Virus record (IMG/VR): IMGVR_UViG_3300037149_000094
Coordinates: 4,944-68,943 of that record
DNA from: a virus
DNA length: 64,000 bases
Reading direction: 5' to 3' (one strand)
In this document: one piece after another, positions 17,373 to 25,972 of the stretch
Layout of the letters: each line of letters starts with the position of its first letter
How positions within the stretch are numbered: the first letter of the stretch is position 1
Made by a program: the position numbers and the translations under genes
The notes under the pieces: generated by a model
The model's input: the letters and a program-made list of their open reading frames with translations, nothing else
Databases searched by the model: none
What the model was told of the DNA's origin: nothing

Positions 17373-17723
17373 TTAGGCTGCCGGCGCAGGATTGGCCGGA
17401 GCGACGGCCGCAGTAAGCGATGCAGTCGACGCCTGGAGGGCAGTGATCTTGCTTTCAATGTCCGTGGCGATCGTCTGCACGGCAGGATCTTCATTGCTTG
17501 CCAGTTCGGCTGTCAGGGTCTGAATCTCGGTCAGAACGGCCTGAGTAGCGGCTGTATTTGCGGTGACGGCGGCGGCGAGGTCAGTATCGGCCTGCTGCAA
17601 TGCGGTGAGACCAGCTCCAGTGGTTGTGGACATGAATTGAATGCTCCTTCGAAGCTCTGCGAGTTCTTCTCTGATTTCCCTAAGCGCTTGCCGAGTCTGA
17701 CGCTGATCGAGTTCCCAATTCAT
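17373..17723 (-). CDS. Coiled-coil A/T-rich protein with two possible starts (17723 and 17633)
   Basis: SDs AGGAG and AAGGAG precede the two ATGs. Confidence 0.65.
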   Translation of the reverse strand: MNWELDQRQTRQALREIREELAELRRSIQFMSTTTGAGLTALQQADTDLAAAVTANTAATQAVLTEIQTLTAELASNEDPAVQTIATDIESKITALQASTASLTAAVAPANPAPAA

Positions 17724-17752
17724 CGGCAGGACTCCTGTGAGGCGATTCTACA

Positions 17753-17788
17753 CTGAAAGGCCCCCAGTGGTTGCCGAGGGCCTTTCAG
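17753..17788. terminator. Strong hairpin, probably a bidirectional terminator
   Basis: CTGAAAGGCCC/GGGCCTTTCAG inverted repeat. Confidence 0.65.
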
Positions 17789-18311
17789 GACGTGCGCTGT
17801 GGTTTGGAGGATGGTTCGGAAGGGGGAGCAGTGTTTTCCGACTGCTAGGTGGGAAATCTGCCCGTGAGGGAGTTGCGCCACTTCTCCCCCGTCCTGTTGA
17901 CATTCTCTCACGACTTGTGCAATTCTGCAATTGCTAGGTGGTTGAGATTGCTCATGACCCCGAAAATTCGGTTTGCTCATGCTCAAACGCAGAATATTGC
18001 GTCCTCGTGCCTCTTGGCGTCTGTGCAGGCAATCGTCCAAGCGGGATGAGAGCGTGCTCCGGTGGCGGCATGGTGACTGACCAGGTAGCCCATCGTTACG
18101 GTGCATTGGGGCGTCTTGCGATTCTGTGAGCGTGAAGCATCGACGGCGAAAATCAGCGGGAATCCCCTTTTGAGGGTGACTCTAAAGCCTGAAACAAGCA
18201 TGAGCAATAGCTCTAAGTGCTTTGTTTCTTCCCTGCGGGTTTGGGGAATCAGGGGTTTTAGAGAAGCAAAAACAAGAACAACAGCAAAAGCAAGAAAATA
18301 AGGAGAAGTCC

Positions 18312-18665
18312 ATGTTGAGTGAAGTAAGAGGTATGGAATGGAATGCTCCAATGGTGTTCGAATCATTGGAACTTGCGAAGTCGGCAGCAAAAAGACTCGA
18401 CAAGAAAATATGGTGCCGAATCCAGGGAGCGCCTAATTATCGCGTTGAGATCTACCCTGGTGGCAGGTCAATTGCATGGCCTCTGGACGGACTAGAGCGT
18501 AGGAGAGAACGTCAGGCTCCACTCGAAGAAGGCCACCACTGTAAGCATGTTTGGGATGTGCATACCGATAGCGATCCGTGCGCGGCTGGTATGCATATCG
18601 AGTCCTATGTACAGTGCTTACGCTGTGGGCAGATCAGGGAAGACAGAATCAAGATTTGCAAATGA
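18312..18665 (+). CDS. Hypothetical protein with C-terminal Zn site (CKH...CLRC)
   Basis: SD TAAGGAG; lone plus-strand gene in a minus-strand block. Confidence 0.6.
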   Translation: MLSEVRGMEWNAPMVFESLELAKSAAKRLDKKIWCRIQGAPNYRVEIYPGGRSIAWPLDGLERRRERQAPLEEGHHCKHVWDVHTDSDPCAAGMHIESYVQCLRCGQIREDRIKICK

Positions 18666-18669
18666 AACA

Positions 18670-18930
18670 TCAGTGCCTTTTTAGTCCTGCAAACGTCTCT
18701 GAGTGCTCGGCCAAATTCCAGTAGGGCATGAATGCGTCATCGGGCATAAGGCAGTAGTGATTCTGAGCCAGGAAGTCCTCCAGCGACGGCAGCGTCCCCA
18801 AGACAGACACTTTGTCGACCGACTTCGAGATTACCTGTCCTGTGCTTTCGACCAAAGTAAATACCCACACTCGGCCGCGCGCATCGCGGAACATCAAATC
18901 GTGGACAGTAATCATTTTTGGCATGGGCAT
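18670..18930 (-). CDS. Hypothetical protein
   Basis: ATG overlapping the upstream TGA (MPMPKMITV...). Confidence 0.55.
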   Translation of the reverse strand: MPMPKMITVHDLMFRDARGRVWVFTLVESTGQVISKSVDKVSVLGTLPSLEDFLAQNHYCLMPDDAFMPYWNLAEHSETFAGLKRH

Positions 18931-19157
18931 CAGGACCCAACTTTCTTGCACCTGTAGTCGTCGCCGACCGGCAGGCACTGATTGTGGCACTCGCAGATAC
19001 AGCGCAGAGAGGAGCAATTCGAGTGCCGCGGCGTCTTGCACGTAGCCGAGATGAACTCCGACTTCTCACCATCGAGTTCTGGCAGATAAACCCGCCGGCC
19101 TGACCGCACTTTGCGCCCCTGCGCCAGACTTGACCGTCCCAACCTTTTCAGAGCCAT
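18930..19157 (-). CDS. Small Cys-rich protein (C...H..C...C.C.CH)
   Basis: SD GAGGAGG. Confidence 0.55.
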   Translation of the reverse strand: MALKRLGRSSLAQGRKVRSGRRVYLPELDGEKSEFISATCKTPRHSNCSSLRCICECHNQCLPVGDDYRCKKVGS

Positions 19158-19195
19158 CCATCCTCCTCGCCCGCAGGCAATACGCCCGCGCCAAC

Positions 19196-19390
19196 TTAAA
19201 GCCTACGGAGAGGCGAGATGCACTCGGGAGAGGCAGTAGCCAAGCGGAGCGACCGCTCCACAAGCGCGCACTGCGTCCCCGTGAAGTAACTTCGACCGTC
19301 AGGCCACGCTTCCTTCATCCGAGACAGAATCTTAACCCGATCCACATGCGTCTTTTCGTGAACCTCCTCGATAAGTTCGACCAGCGTCAT
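19196..19390 (-). CDS. Small hypothetical protein
   Basis: ATGA overlap with the upstream gene. Confidence 0.5.
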   Translation of the reverse strand: MTLVELIEEVHEKTHVDRVKILSRMKEAWPDGRSYFTGTQCALVERSLRLATASPECISPLRRL

Positions 19391-19677
19391 CTCAGCCTCA
19401 ACTCCCTTCGGATATTTCGTGCCAGATCCTGCACTTCAGCCGGCCCGAAATTGAACGGAATTATCAGACGCTGAACATGAAGATGTTTCTCCACCGTCCT
19501 GTGCTCGAACGTCTCAGGATCAACCTCGTCGACTAGAACTGTCCCAGTGTCCACCGTTGCGTCCCTCCGCTTGTACGGCTCCATCCACTTCTCGATTGCC
19601 GCATTCGCCACCATCTCCCACTCAGGCGGTATCCCTGCAAGCGACAATGCCCTACGTCTGCACTCGGCTGCTGTCAT
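19387..19677 (-). CDS. Hypothetical protein
   Basis: ORF MTAAECRRR..., coupled to the downstream gene. Confidence 0.55.
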   Translation of the reverse strand: MTAAECRRRALSLAGIPPEWEMVANAAIEKWMEPYKRRDATVDTGTVLVDEVDPETFEHRTVEKHLHVQRLIIPFNFGPAEVQDLARNIRRELRLR

Positions 19678-19777
19678 CAGTAGATTCTCTTTGGCCACGG
19701 AAACAGGCGCCACACAATCAATACATTACGCCAGCGCCATGACGCCATCAGCCACCCATACGTTTTGTTGCGGTAAA

Positions 19778-19999
19778 TCATCGGCTTACTCTCGGTGCAT
19801 GGCTCACAAAACGATCAGGACGCACACGAACCACAAAATCAAATGTTGAAAAACATTCCTTTGGAGGCCCGTCTACCGTAATTACCTGCCCAGGTTTCCA
19901 GTTTCCCAGTTGACGGTGAAGCATTTCCGTATCGACCTTTTGCGCATCGACAATTGTCGCCCTTGTGATACTCGGCCGTGCCCACTTTACGTTGTCCAT
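19778..19999 (-). CDS. Small hypothetical protein
   Basis: SD AGGAG before MDNVKW; -10 box TACACT upstream. Confidence 0.45.
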   Translation of the reverse strand: MDNVKWARPSITRATIVDAQKVDTEMLHRQLGNWKPGQVITVDGPPKECFSTFDFVVRVRPDRFVSHAPRVSR

Positions 20000-20269
20000 A
20001 GGTCTCCTATCCACACCAATAGTGTAGTCTGAATTCCTTTGTTTGCAGGATTATTTTTTTGATTTTTCTGCAGGGAGTGCGAGTTTGCATATACGTGTAG
20101 TATCCGCGGAAAGTCGCCGTCGAGGGAGATTCGAGATTGTCGGAACCGGTTTTGGGATGGGTCTGAGTGGGAGGGTGTGTCGGGGGATGGTCGGCGCGAG
20201 GCGAGCGAGGAGTGAATGAGGACCAGGCGCCGGTCGGATCGGGATGGTCACCATGGTTGGATGCACCAT

Positions 20270-20698
20270 TTATGAGGCAGATCGAGCTCTATAGCATCCA
20301 ATACAGCGTCGGAGACCGCCAATAATCATGACTCCGGTGTGTCCACAATGGTTGCAAGCGTCGATTGGAGTTGATTTGGCCGGCAATATGGCGGCCGTGG
20401 TAACTCCTGGGAGGCTGCGAGGGTCCTTGGATGGCGTATTGTGGCGAATCTCACGGTCTGCTGACTCGCGGCGCTGCTTGATGGCGCGTTGGTCGGCAGC
20501 ATTGCTGATGGCGGCGCGCGGAGCGCTGGATACCTTCACGTATGGCTCGACGTGCAGACCGTCTGTAATCGCTCCAACGATTGCATCCGAGAGCGTGCAT
20601 CCATCCGCCTCGGCAATCTGCATCAGTTTGGCGTGCATCTCATCTGGCAACCTTACGGCGATCTTGACGCTCATTTGGTGCTCCAATCTGTCCGACAC
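20270..20698 (-). CDS. Ribbon-helix-helix (Arc/CopG-like) regulator with C-terminal Zn-ribbon
   Basis: KIAVRLPDEMHAKL..IAE...TLSDAI pattern; CNHC...CIGC. Confidence 0.7.
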   Translation of the reverse strand: MSDRLEHQMSVKIAVRLPDEMHAKLMQIAEADGCTLSDAIVGAITDGLHVEPYVKVSSAPRAAISNAADQRAIKQRRESADREIRHNTPSKDPRSLPGVTTAAILPAKSTPIDACNHCGHTGVMIIGGLRRCIGCYRARSAS

Positions 20699-20860
20699 TC
20701 AAAAGTGTACTACAGCCTCTGTCCGACACTTTCGCCCCCAAAACACCCCAAAACAGCCTCGCCAGAGCCCCAAGGCGCCCTCCGTGGACCATCCGACAGC
20801 CTCCAGCACCTTGCTTTTCACCTTGCAAGCCGATTTGCGATTCCAAGCGCTCTCGCATCC

Positions 20861-21535
20861 TTATATAAGCGAATCACTTCCATCCACACCCGTAGAACTC
20901 ACGACGATCTTTGCACCCCGCATACGACCCGGATTCCTGCTCTTCTTCCCGTTCTCGCGCCTCCAACGATCCCACCTGTCAGATCGACGATCACGCCAGT
21001 TTGGAAGCACGCCCTTTAGAATCAACGGTAAACTGCGCACAGAACGCGATGATGTGGAACTGTCAACATTCGAGGGGATTGGGAACTGTTCTGGAATGAT
21101 GCCAGCCTTGGCCAAGACGGAGGCCAATTTGCCGTGATTGCGGCGCATGGCGAGGATTTGAGGCCGCGAGTATGATCGTGGGCCTGTGAATGAGTAGCAT
21201 TTGACGGGATCGTGGCCTGAAGGCTTGAGAGAGTGGGCAGTATTGAGGAACTCACGACCGACACGCGCTGCGCGCACACGAGCCTCTTCGGAGCTCCGAC
21301 AGGCTCCGAGACAACTGAGGGCGATATGCAGGGTCCTGCGGGACACTCCGAGCGCTGCCGATACCTGGTCGCAGTCGATGGTCACAGGGGCGTTCTCGAT
21401 GCCTGGATGGCCGTCTGGAGAGTCCTGTGGGGCTGGGTGATACCACTCAAGGTAAGTCAGCACCAACGCGAGGGTGGGGCCGTGGAGCACTTTGGCTAGG
21501 CCGGCGTAGTACGGGATAGGCTCATTTGCGTCCAT
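20861..21535 (-). CDS. Winged-helix DNA-binding protein resembling the N-terminus of phage replication initiators
   Basis: IPYYAGLAKVL.G...ALVLTYLEWY and QVSAALGVSRRTL..AL..L HTH. Confidence 0.55.
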   Translation of the reverse strand: MDANEPIPYYAGLAKVLHGPTLALVLTYLEWYHPAPQDSPDGHPGIENAPVTIDCDQVSAALGVSRRTLHIALSCLGACRSSEEARVRAARVGREFLNTAHSLKPSGHDPVKCYSFTGPRSYSRPQILAMRRNHGKLASVLAKAGIIPEQFPIPSNVDSSTSSRSVRSLPLILKGVLPNWRDRRSDRWDRWRRENGKKSRNPGRMRGAKIVVSSTGVDGSDSLI

Positions 21536-21600
21536 GACTCATCATATATGGAGCGGTTTTTAGCATAGCCAAGATCGGCGTCACATCTTTAAGTGATTGA

Positions 21601-21671
21601 TTCGTAAAGGACAAAATTAAAGCTAAAATAAAGCTTGACAAGAAATAAGCATAAGCGCACTATTGGGACAG
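21601..21671 (+). promoter_or_regulatory. Strong sigma70-type early promoter with AT-rich UP element, in a divergent control region
   Basis: TTGACA at 21635-21640, 17-nt spacer, CACTAT; very AT-rich against the GC-rich background. Confidence 0.75.
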
Positions 21672-21708
21672 TTAAGTAACGAATCACCTTTTACCGGAGG
21701 AGATTGAA

Positions 21709-22032
21709 ATGAACGCAGCCGCCCAAGCAATCTACGATGCCAACTACAATCGCGCTCGTGAACTGTGCGCCGCTCTGGCCGATCCGAAGCAAAGCATCAT
21801 CATTGAGACCAAGATGGACAAGCGAGGCGGCTTCTACGCGGCCAATGTGAGCAACAGGACCATCGCATACGCCTATCCGACCAGCATCCACGCTGACTTC
21901 GCCCGCAAATACCCAGTGCAGGCCGCCGAAGAGATGCTGTTCGACCAGTCCCACATCAAGCCAGAGACTGAGCAGCCTCAATGGATAGTGGACCGCTGGA
22001 ACACAATGCGCGCCGCAATGCTGGCAGCGTAG
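21709..22032 (+). CDS. Early hypothetical protein
   Basis: SD GGAGGAG; first gene after the early promoter. Confidence 0.75.
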   Translation: MNAAAQAIYDANYNRARELCAALADPKQSIIIETKMDKRGGFYAANVSNRTIAYAYPTSIHADFARKYPVQAAEEMLFDQSHIKPETEQPQWIVDRWNTMRAAMLAA

Positions 22033-22098
22033 CTTCTGCACTCAGGCAGGACTCGCCAATGGGTCCTGCCGCAACCTCTTTACCGGGAGGCAACACCG

Positions 22099-22281
22099 AT
22101 GGAAACAGGACTAGAAACAAACAACGGGCTCGACCTTGACGCCAATGGCAACGGTTACGATTACCAGAATCAAGCCTGGGTGATCAACGGCAAATACTAC
22201 CCGTGCGGCCACGTCGGCACACAGCATGAGTGCAACTGCTACGGTCGCAATCACTCCGGCGAGCCAGTCCGCACTGCATGA
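22099..22281 (+). CDS. Small early Cys/His protein
   Basis: SD GGAGG; YDYQNQAWV..G.Y..CGH....C.CYG..H. Confidence 0.7.
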   Translation: METGLETNNGLDLDANGNGYDYQNQAWVINGKYYPCGHVGTQHECNCYGRNHSGEPVRTA

Positions 22282-22341
22282 CCTCCACAGGACTCTAACT
22301 ATCCGAGTCCTGCCACACACCATCAACACTGAAAGGAAACC

Positions 22342-22788
22342 ATGAAGAACCCACCGATGGAAGCACAAGCATTTGCCAAGTGGTTGAACAATGAAGGTGC
22401 TTGCCGTAAATCACTCAAGTGGCAGTACGGCAAGACTCTGCGCGAAACATGGGATACCTGCAAGCGCGGCGATTGGCTCGAATGGCTGCTCAACGCTTGC
22501 GGCTATCAATGGACGGCTCCGGCGTGGGCTGAGTACCAGCGCGTGAAGGCTCCGGCGTGGGCTGAGTACCAGCGCGTGACGGCTCTGGCGTGGGCTGAGT
22601 ACCAGCGCGTGACGGATCTGGCGTGGGCTGAGTACCAGCGCGTGAAGGCTCTGGCGTGGGCTGAGTACGAGCGCGTGACGGCTCTGGCGTTGGCTGAGTA
22701 CCAGCGCGTGACGGATCTGGCGTTGGATGAGTGCGAGCGCGTGACGGCTGACACCATTAGGACGCTCGTCCCCTATCCCTTCAAGTAA
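22342..22788 (+). CDS. Early protein with 11-aa tandem repeats (AWAEYQRV-T/K-A/D-L/P)
   Basis: ORF with N-terminal AC..S..W...RGDWLEWLL domain followed by helical repeats. Confidence 0.75.
   Translation: MKNPPMEAQAFAKWLNNEGACRKSLKWQYGKTLRETWDTCKRGDWLEWLLNACGYQWTAPAWAEYQRVKAPAWAEYQRVTALAWAEYQRVTDLAWAEYQRVKALAWAEYERVTALALAEYQRVTDLALDECERVTADTIRTLVPYPFK
22511..22750 (+). repeat. 33-bp tandem repeat, about 7 copies
   Basis: Unit ggcgtgggctgagtaccagcgcgtga(c/a)gg(c/a)tc(t/c), read directly. Confidence 0.95.
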
Positions 22789-22825
22789 CGCGCCATCAAC
22801 CTCATCTTTTACCGGAGAGACGACA

Positions 22826-23371
22826 ATGACCACGATTCACCATTCAGAAGATCCAATGAAGCTCGCCAACACGGCCATCGGCAAAGTGCTGCTCGGCTAT
22901 GACGTTCGCCTCGACCCTCCCATCCTCACTGTGAGCAAAGCGCGCCCTGTCATGCCTGAGACCAATCAAGAAGCCGTGGTCACGCTCCAGCACATCATCA
23001 ACCTGTTTCCAGATGAGCCAGACGTGATCTTCGCCGCCGCCGTGGCCATTGCCGACATTGCCACAGAGGCAGCCAACAACGGGACCATCGTGGATCCACT
23101 CATGGGATCAGACTTTGTACCGCCGAGTCCTGCGACAGCGACCGAGAGCAGCACAGGACCCATCCAAGTGTTCACCGACCGCGAGCTGTCCACCGTGCTA
23201 CATAGCTTGCGTCTCCTGCAAGAGATCCGCAACAACGAATTCATCGGTGGATGCTGGGACCACGAGCAGCATCACCTTGCTGACCCTGATTCCTGTGACC
23301 ATTTCGCCGAGGACCAACCGCTCACCAATGAGGAGATCGACGTACTCTGTGAACGGCTGAACCTCGCATGA
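22826..23371 (+). CDS. Early hypothetical protein
   Basis: ORF with TTTTACCGGAG leader; C-terminal LT.EEID.LCERLN motif. Confidence 0.7.
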   Translation: MTTIHHSEDPMKLANTAIGKVLLGYDVRLDPPILTVSKARPVMPETNQEAVVTLQHIINLFPDEPDVIFAAAVAIADIATEAANNGTIVDPLMGSDFVPPSPATATESSTGPIQVFTDRELSTVLHSLRLLQEIRNNEFIGGCWDHEQHHLADPDSCDHFAEDQPLTNEEIDVLCERLNLA

Positions 23372-23542
23372 ACCTGGCAGGCTTGCCCTGCCATAGCCTG
23401 AGCTCCTCTTGAGGGCTATGGGAGCGCAACTGCTCCAGGAATGAGGCACCATGTTGCTTTGGATATTCATCGCGCCGTCAGCCCTGTGTGCTGCATTCAT
23501 GGCTGTGGCATACACGCGAGACGCTTGGACAGGAGGAAGATC

Positions 23543-23794
23543 ATGGAAACCGTAAACCCCTCGCAATTTGATGTCGATCGCTGCATATTGGCGCTGGAAA
23601 CGTACGAGGCACCAGACTGGGCGGCGATCTGTGCAGACAACGAGAACAAGCCGAGCCCTCAATTCGCGCCGGCCGGGGATCGCTTGGGACCCTTCACAGG
23701 ACTCGGAAAAGCATTCCTGATCTACGGCGGCGTTGCAACCGCTTTAGCTCTTGTGTTCATAGCCGGCTGGACCCTGTGGAGTGTGTTCAAGTGA
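23543..23794 (+). CDS. Small membrane protein
   Basis: SD AGGAGG; C-terminal TM helix. Confidence 0.65.
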   Translation: METVNPSQFDVDRCILALETYEAPDWAAICADNENKPSPQFAPAGDRLGPFTGLGKAFLIYGGVATALALVFIAGWTLWSVFK

Positions 23795-24015
23795 CCCGCC
23801 CCGACGCAGCATGGCAGCATCGCGCACCAGATGTAGACGCCGAGGATTGCATGTTCGATTCGAGTCACGAATACGTCCATCGCAACGTGTTGGGATCGAG
23901 CCGGAATGTCTCCATTCGCAAGCGGATCAACGGCACTACCAAGTTCTGTCTCTTCTGCCTAGGCGTCTATCTGCTCACGCAAATCATTGAACTGATTCGT
24001 CACCACTACCACTAA
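23791..24015 (+). CDS. Small membrane protein
   Basis: GTGA overlap; C-terminal hydrophobic segment. Confidence 0.5.
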   Translation: MTRPDAAWQHRAPDVDAEDCMFDSSHEYVHRNVLGSSRNVSIRKRINGTTKFCLFCLGVYLLTQIIELIRHHYH

Positions 24016-24026
24016 GGTGAAAAGCC

Positions 24027-24215
24027 ATGGAAGATCAAGAGATCGTAATCCGGCTCGACAATGATGGCTTCCGCGTAACCATCGATCCAGAGGAGTTTCC
24101 ACCGCGGCGCGAGTACCGCATTTGCGAGATTGACCACGACGAGCACGACGAGGCCCTGAACTTGGATGTGTGGGAAGGTATCGAGTTCTTTCAACAGATG
24201 GAGCACCCACAATGA
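24027..24215 (+). CDS. Small acidic protein
   Basis: SD AAGGTG; D/E-rich, 62 aa. Confidence 0.6.
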   Translation: MEDQEIVIRLDNDGFRVTIDPEEFPPRREYRICEIDHDEHDEALNLDVWEGIEFFQQMEHPQ

Positions 24216-24475
24216 TAGAGATTCCACCCCAATACGACGCTCTGAGTCCTGCCGCGGTAGCCAAGCTGCTCAAAGTGTCAATCACGGCAGTAACGCAGCA
24301 GCGGCGCCGGGATGCTGGCCTGTGCCGGTACTGTGACAGCCCCGCACTGGATGGCCTGACCGTCTGTGCCGCCCACAGGACCCAGCGCAACAGCACGACC
24401 AGGCAGCGCACCGGATCAGCACCATGGAGGCCCGGCGGCCGTGGCCGTCCACCCAAGCAAATGGACAGTAAATAA
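24212..24475 (+). CDS. Small DNA-binding regulator (HTH, Zn finger, AT-hook-like GRGRPP)
   Basis: SPAAVAKLLKVSITAV HTH; CRYC...C..H; ATGA coupling. Confidence 0.65.
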   Translation: MIEIPPQYDALSPAAVAKLLKVSITAVTQQRRRDAGLCRYCDSPALDGLTVCAAHRTQRNSTTRQRTGSAPWRPGGRGRPPKQMDSK

Positions 24476-24541
24476 TTATGGCTTCTCTGTCCCAATGGTG
24501 CTAATGTAGTGAATGAGGAACCGGCCAAAGGAGGCCACAGT

Positions 24542-25822
24542 ATGACCGACCAGAACGCTCTCGAAGTCCAACCGCCTGCCCAGCTTCAGTACCAGGAGCA
24601 GAACATCTCCATGGTGCAGCAGTACGCGACGGCACGCATCCAATCCGCCTACACGATGGCCCTCCGCAATCCGCGTGACAATCGCATCGAGATGATCCGT
24701 CAGAATGTCCTGCGCGAGTGCCAGAGGCCGTCTTTCTGCGCACCCGACGAGGCCAAGTATGGCTCCAGCCTCGCCATCTATGCCGTGCCGCGTGGCAAGG
24801 TCCAGGTCAATGGCAAGTGGATCGACAACCTGATCCAAGGACCGACGATTCGCTTTGCCGAGATGCTGCTCCGCGAGTGGGGCTTCCTGTCCATCGAAGT
24901 GAACCCCATGGGCGAGACGGACGACTACAAGCTGCTCCAGGTGGTCTGCACTGATTACCAGTCGTGCAACTTCACCAGCGAGATCGTGAACGTCCCCAAG
25001 AGCATCGAGCGCAAGAAGCAGCGCGGCGACGACGAACTGATCAGCCAGCGCACCAACAGCTACGGAGATCCGGTTTATCTGGTGAAGGCGACAGACGACG
25101 AGATTCAGATGAAGACCAACGCACTCGTCAGCAAGGCACGCAGGAACCTTATCCTGCAAGCCGTGCCGGGCTGGCTGATCGAGGAGGCAATCACCAAAGT
25201 ACGCGAGACAGCGCGGCAGAAGGATGCAGCCGATCCGGACGCTGCCAAGCGCAAGCTATTCGATGCCTTCGCCACCGTGGGCGTATCAGCGCAACAGTTG
25301 AGCGAGTTCGTAGGACACGGCAATGCTTTGAGTCCTGCCGAACTGGAGGACCTGCGCGGCTACTTCAGCGGGATCAAGGAAGGCTACACAACCTGGGCGG
25401 CCATCATCGCGGCCAAGGAAGAGCACAAGGACGATGACGGGACCGCCAGCGCAATCGCAGCAGCTTTCGAGTTCTTGGAGTTGCCAGTTGCTCAGGTGCG
25501 GAAGATCAAGGCCAAGCACATCGGCAAGGATGCGGAGCTGCTGACGTGGCTCCAGGGCGAAGTGGCGAAGAAGCAGAACACCGGCGCCAAGCAGGAAGAG
25601 AAGAAGGAGCCGAGTGCGGCAAACCCTACTGGCCAGAAGGAGGAGCAGCAACAGAATGGTCCTGCGTCAACCTCTCAGAAGACCCAGAGCCAGACGGTTT
25701 CTACTTCCGCTGAGAACGAGGATGCGGAACCGGCGCAGGACACGAAGAAGCCTGATCCTGCACCAGCCAAGCAAACCGGCCGGCCAGCTCCCATCCCGGT
25801 ATCTGACGACGACGATTTTTAA
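24542..25822 (+). CDS. Putative recombination / ssDNA-annealing protein
   Basis: A.RNPRD...YAVPRG...I.GPTIRFAE...WG motif family, usually found beside phage exonucleases; acidic C-terminal tail DDDDF; SD AAAGGAGG. Function is inferred. Confidence 0.55.
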   Translation: MTDQNALEVQPPAQLQYQEQNISMVQQYATARIQSAYTMALRNPRDNRIEMIRQNVLRECQRPSFCAPDEAKYGSSLAIYAVPRGKVQVNGKWIDNLIQGPTIRFAEMLLREWGFLSIEVNPMGETDDYKLLQVVCTDYQSCNFTSEIVNVPKSIERKKQRGDDELISQRTNSYGDPVYLVKATDDEIQMKTNALVSKARRNLILQAVPGWLIEEAITKVRETARQKDAADPDAAKRKLFDAFATVGVSAQQLSEFVGHGNALSPAELEDLRGYFSGIKEGYTTWAAIIAAKEEHKDDDGTASAIAAAFEFLELPVAQVRKIKAKHIGKDAELLTWLQGEVAKKQNTGAKQEEKKEPSAANPTGQKEEQQQNGPASTSQKTQSQTVSTSAENEDAEPAQDTKKPDPAPAKQTGRPAPIPVSDDDDF

Positions 25823-25972
25823 CCAGCTTTCCGTGCGGTAACACGGAGAGGATGCGCGGCGGGCAGATGAAAGCTGGAATCCAAGCTCTGATCTGAAAGC
25901 CACTCGGCGAGTAAATGTGACACTTGGAACGCCGCGCACACTAACAACGGGATTCGATTGAGGACGACGATT

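Noticed and set aside
17947..18210. Retron msr-msd (a1/a2 inverted repeats)
   Set aside because: No reverse transcriptase in the window; kept only as a generic structured RNA.
20051..20269. 72-aa Pro-rich minus-strand ORF
   Set aside because: Composition is explained by the G-tract on the opposite strand; not called as a gene.
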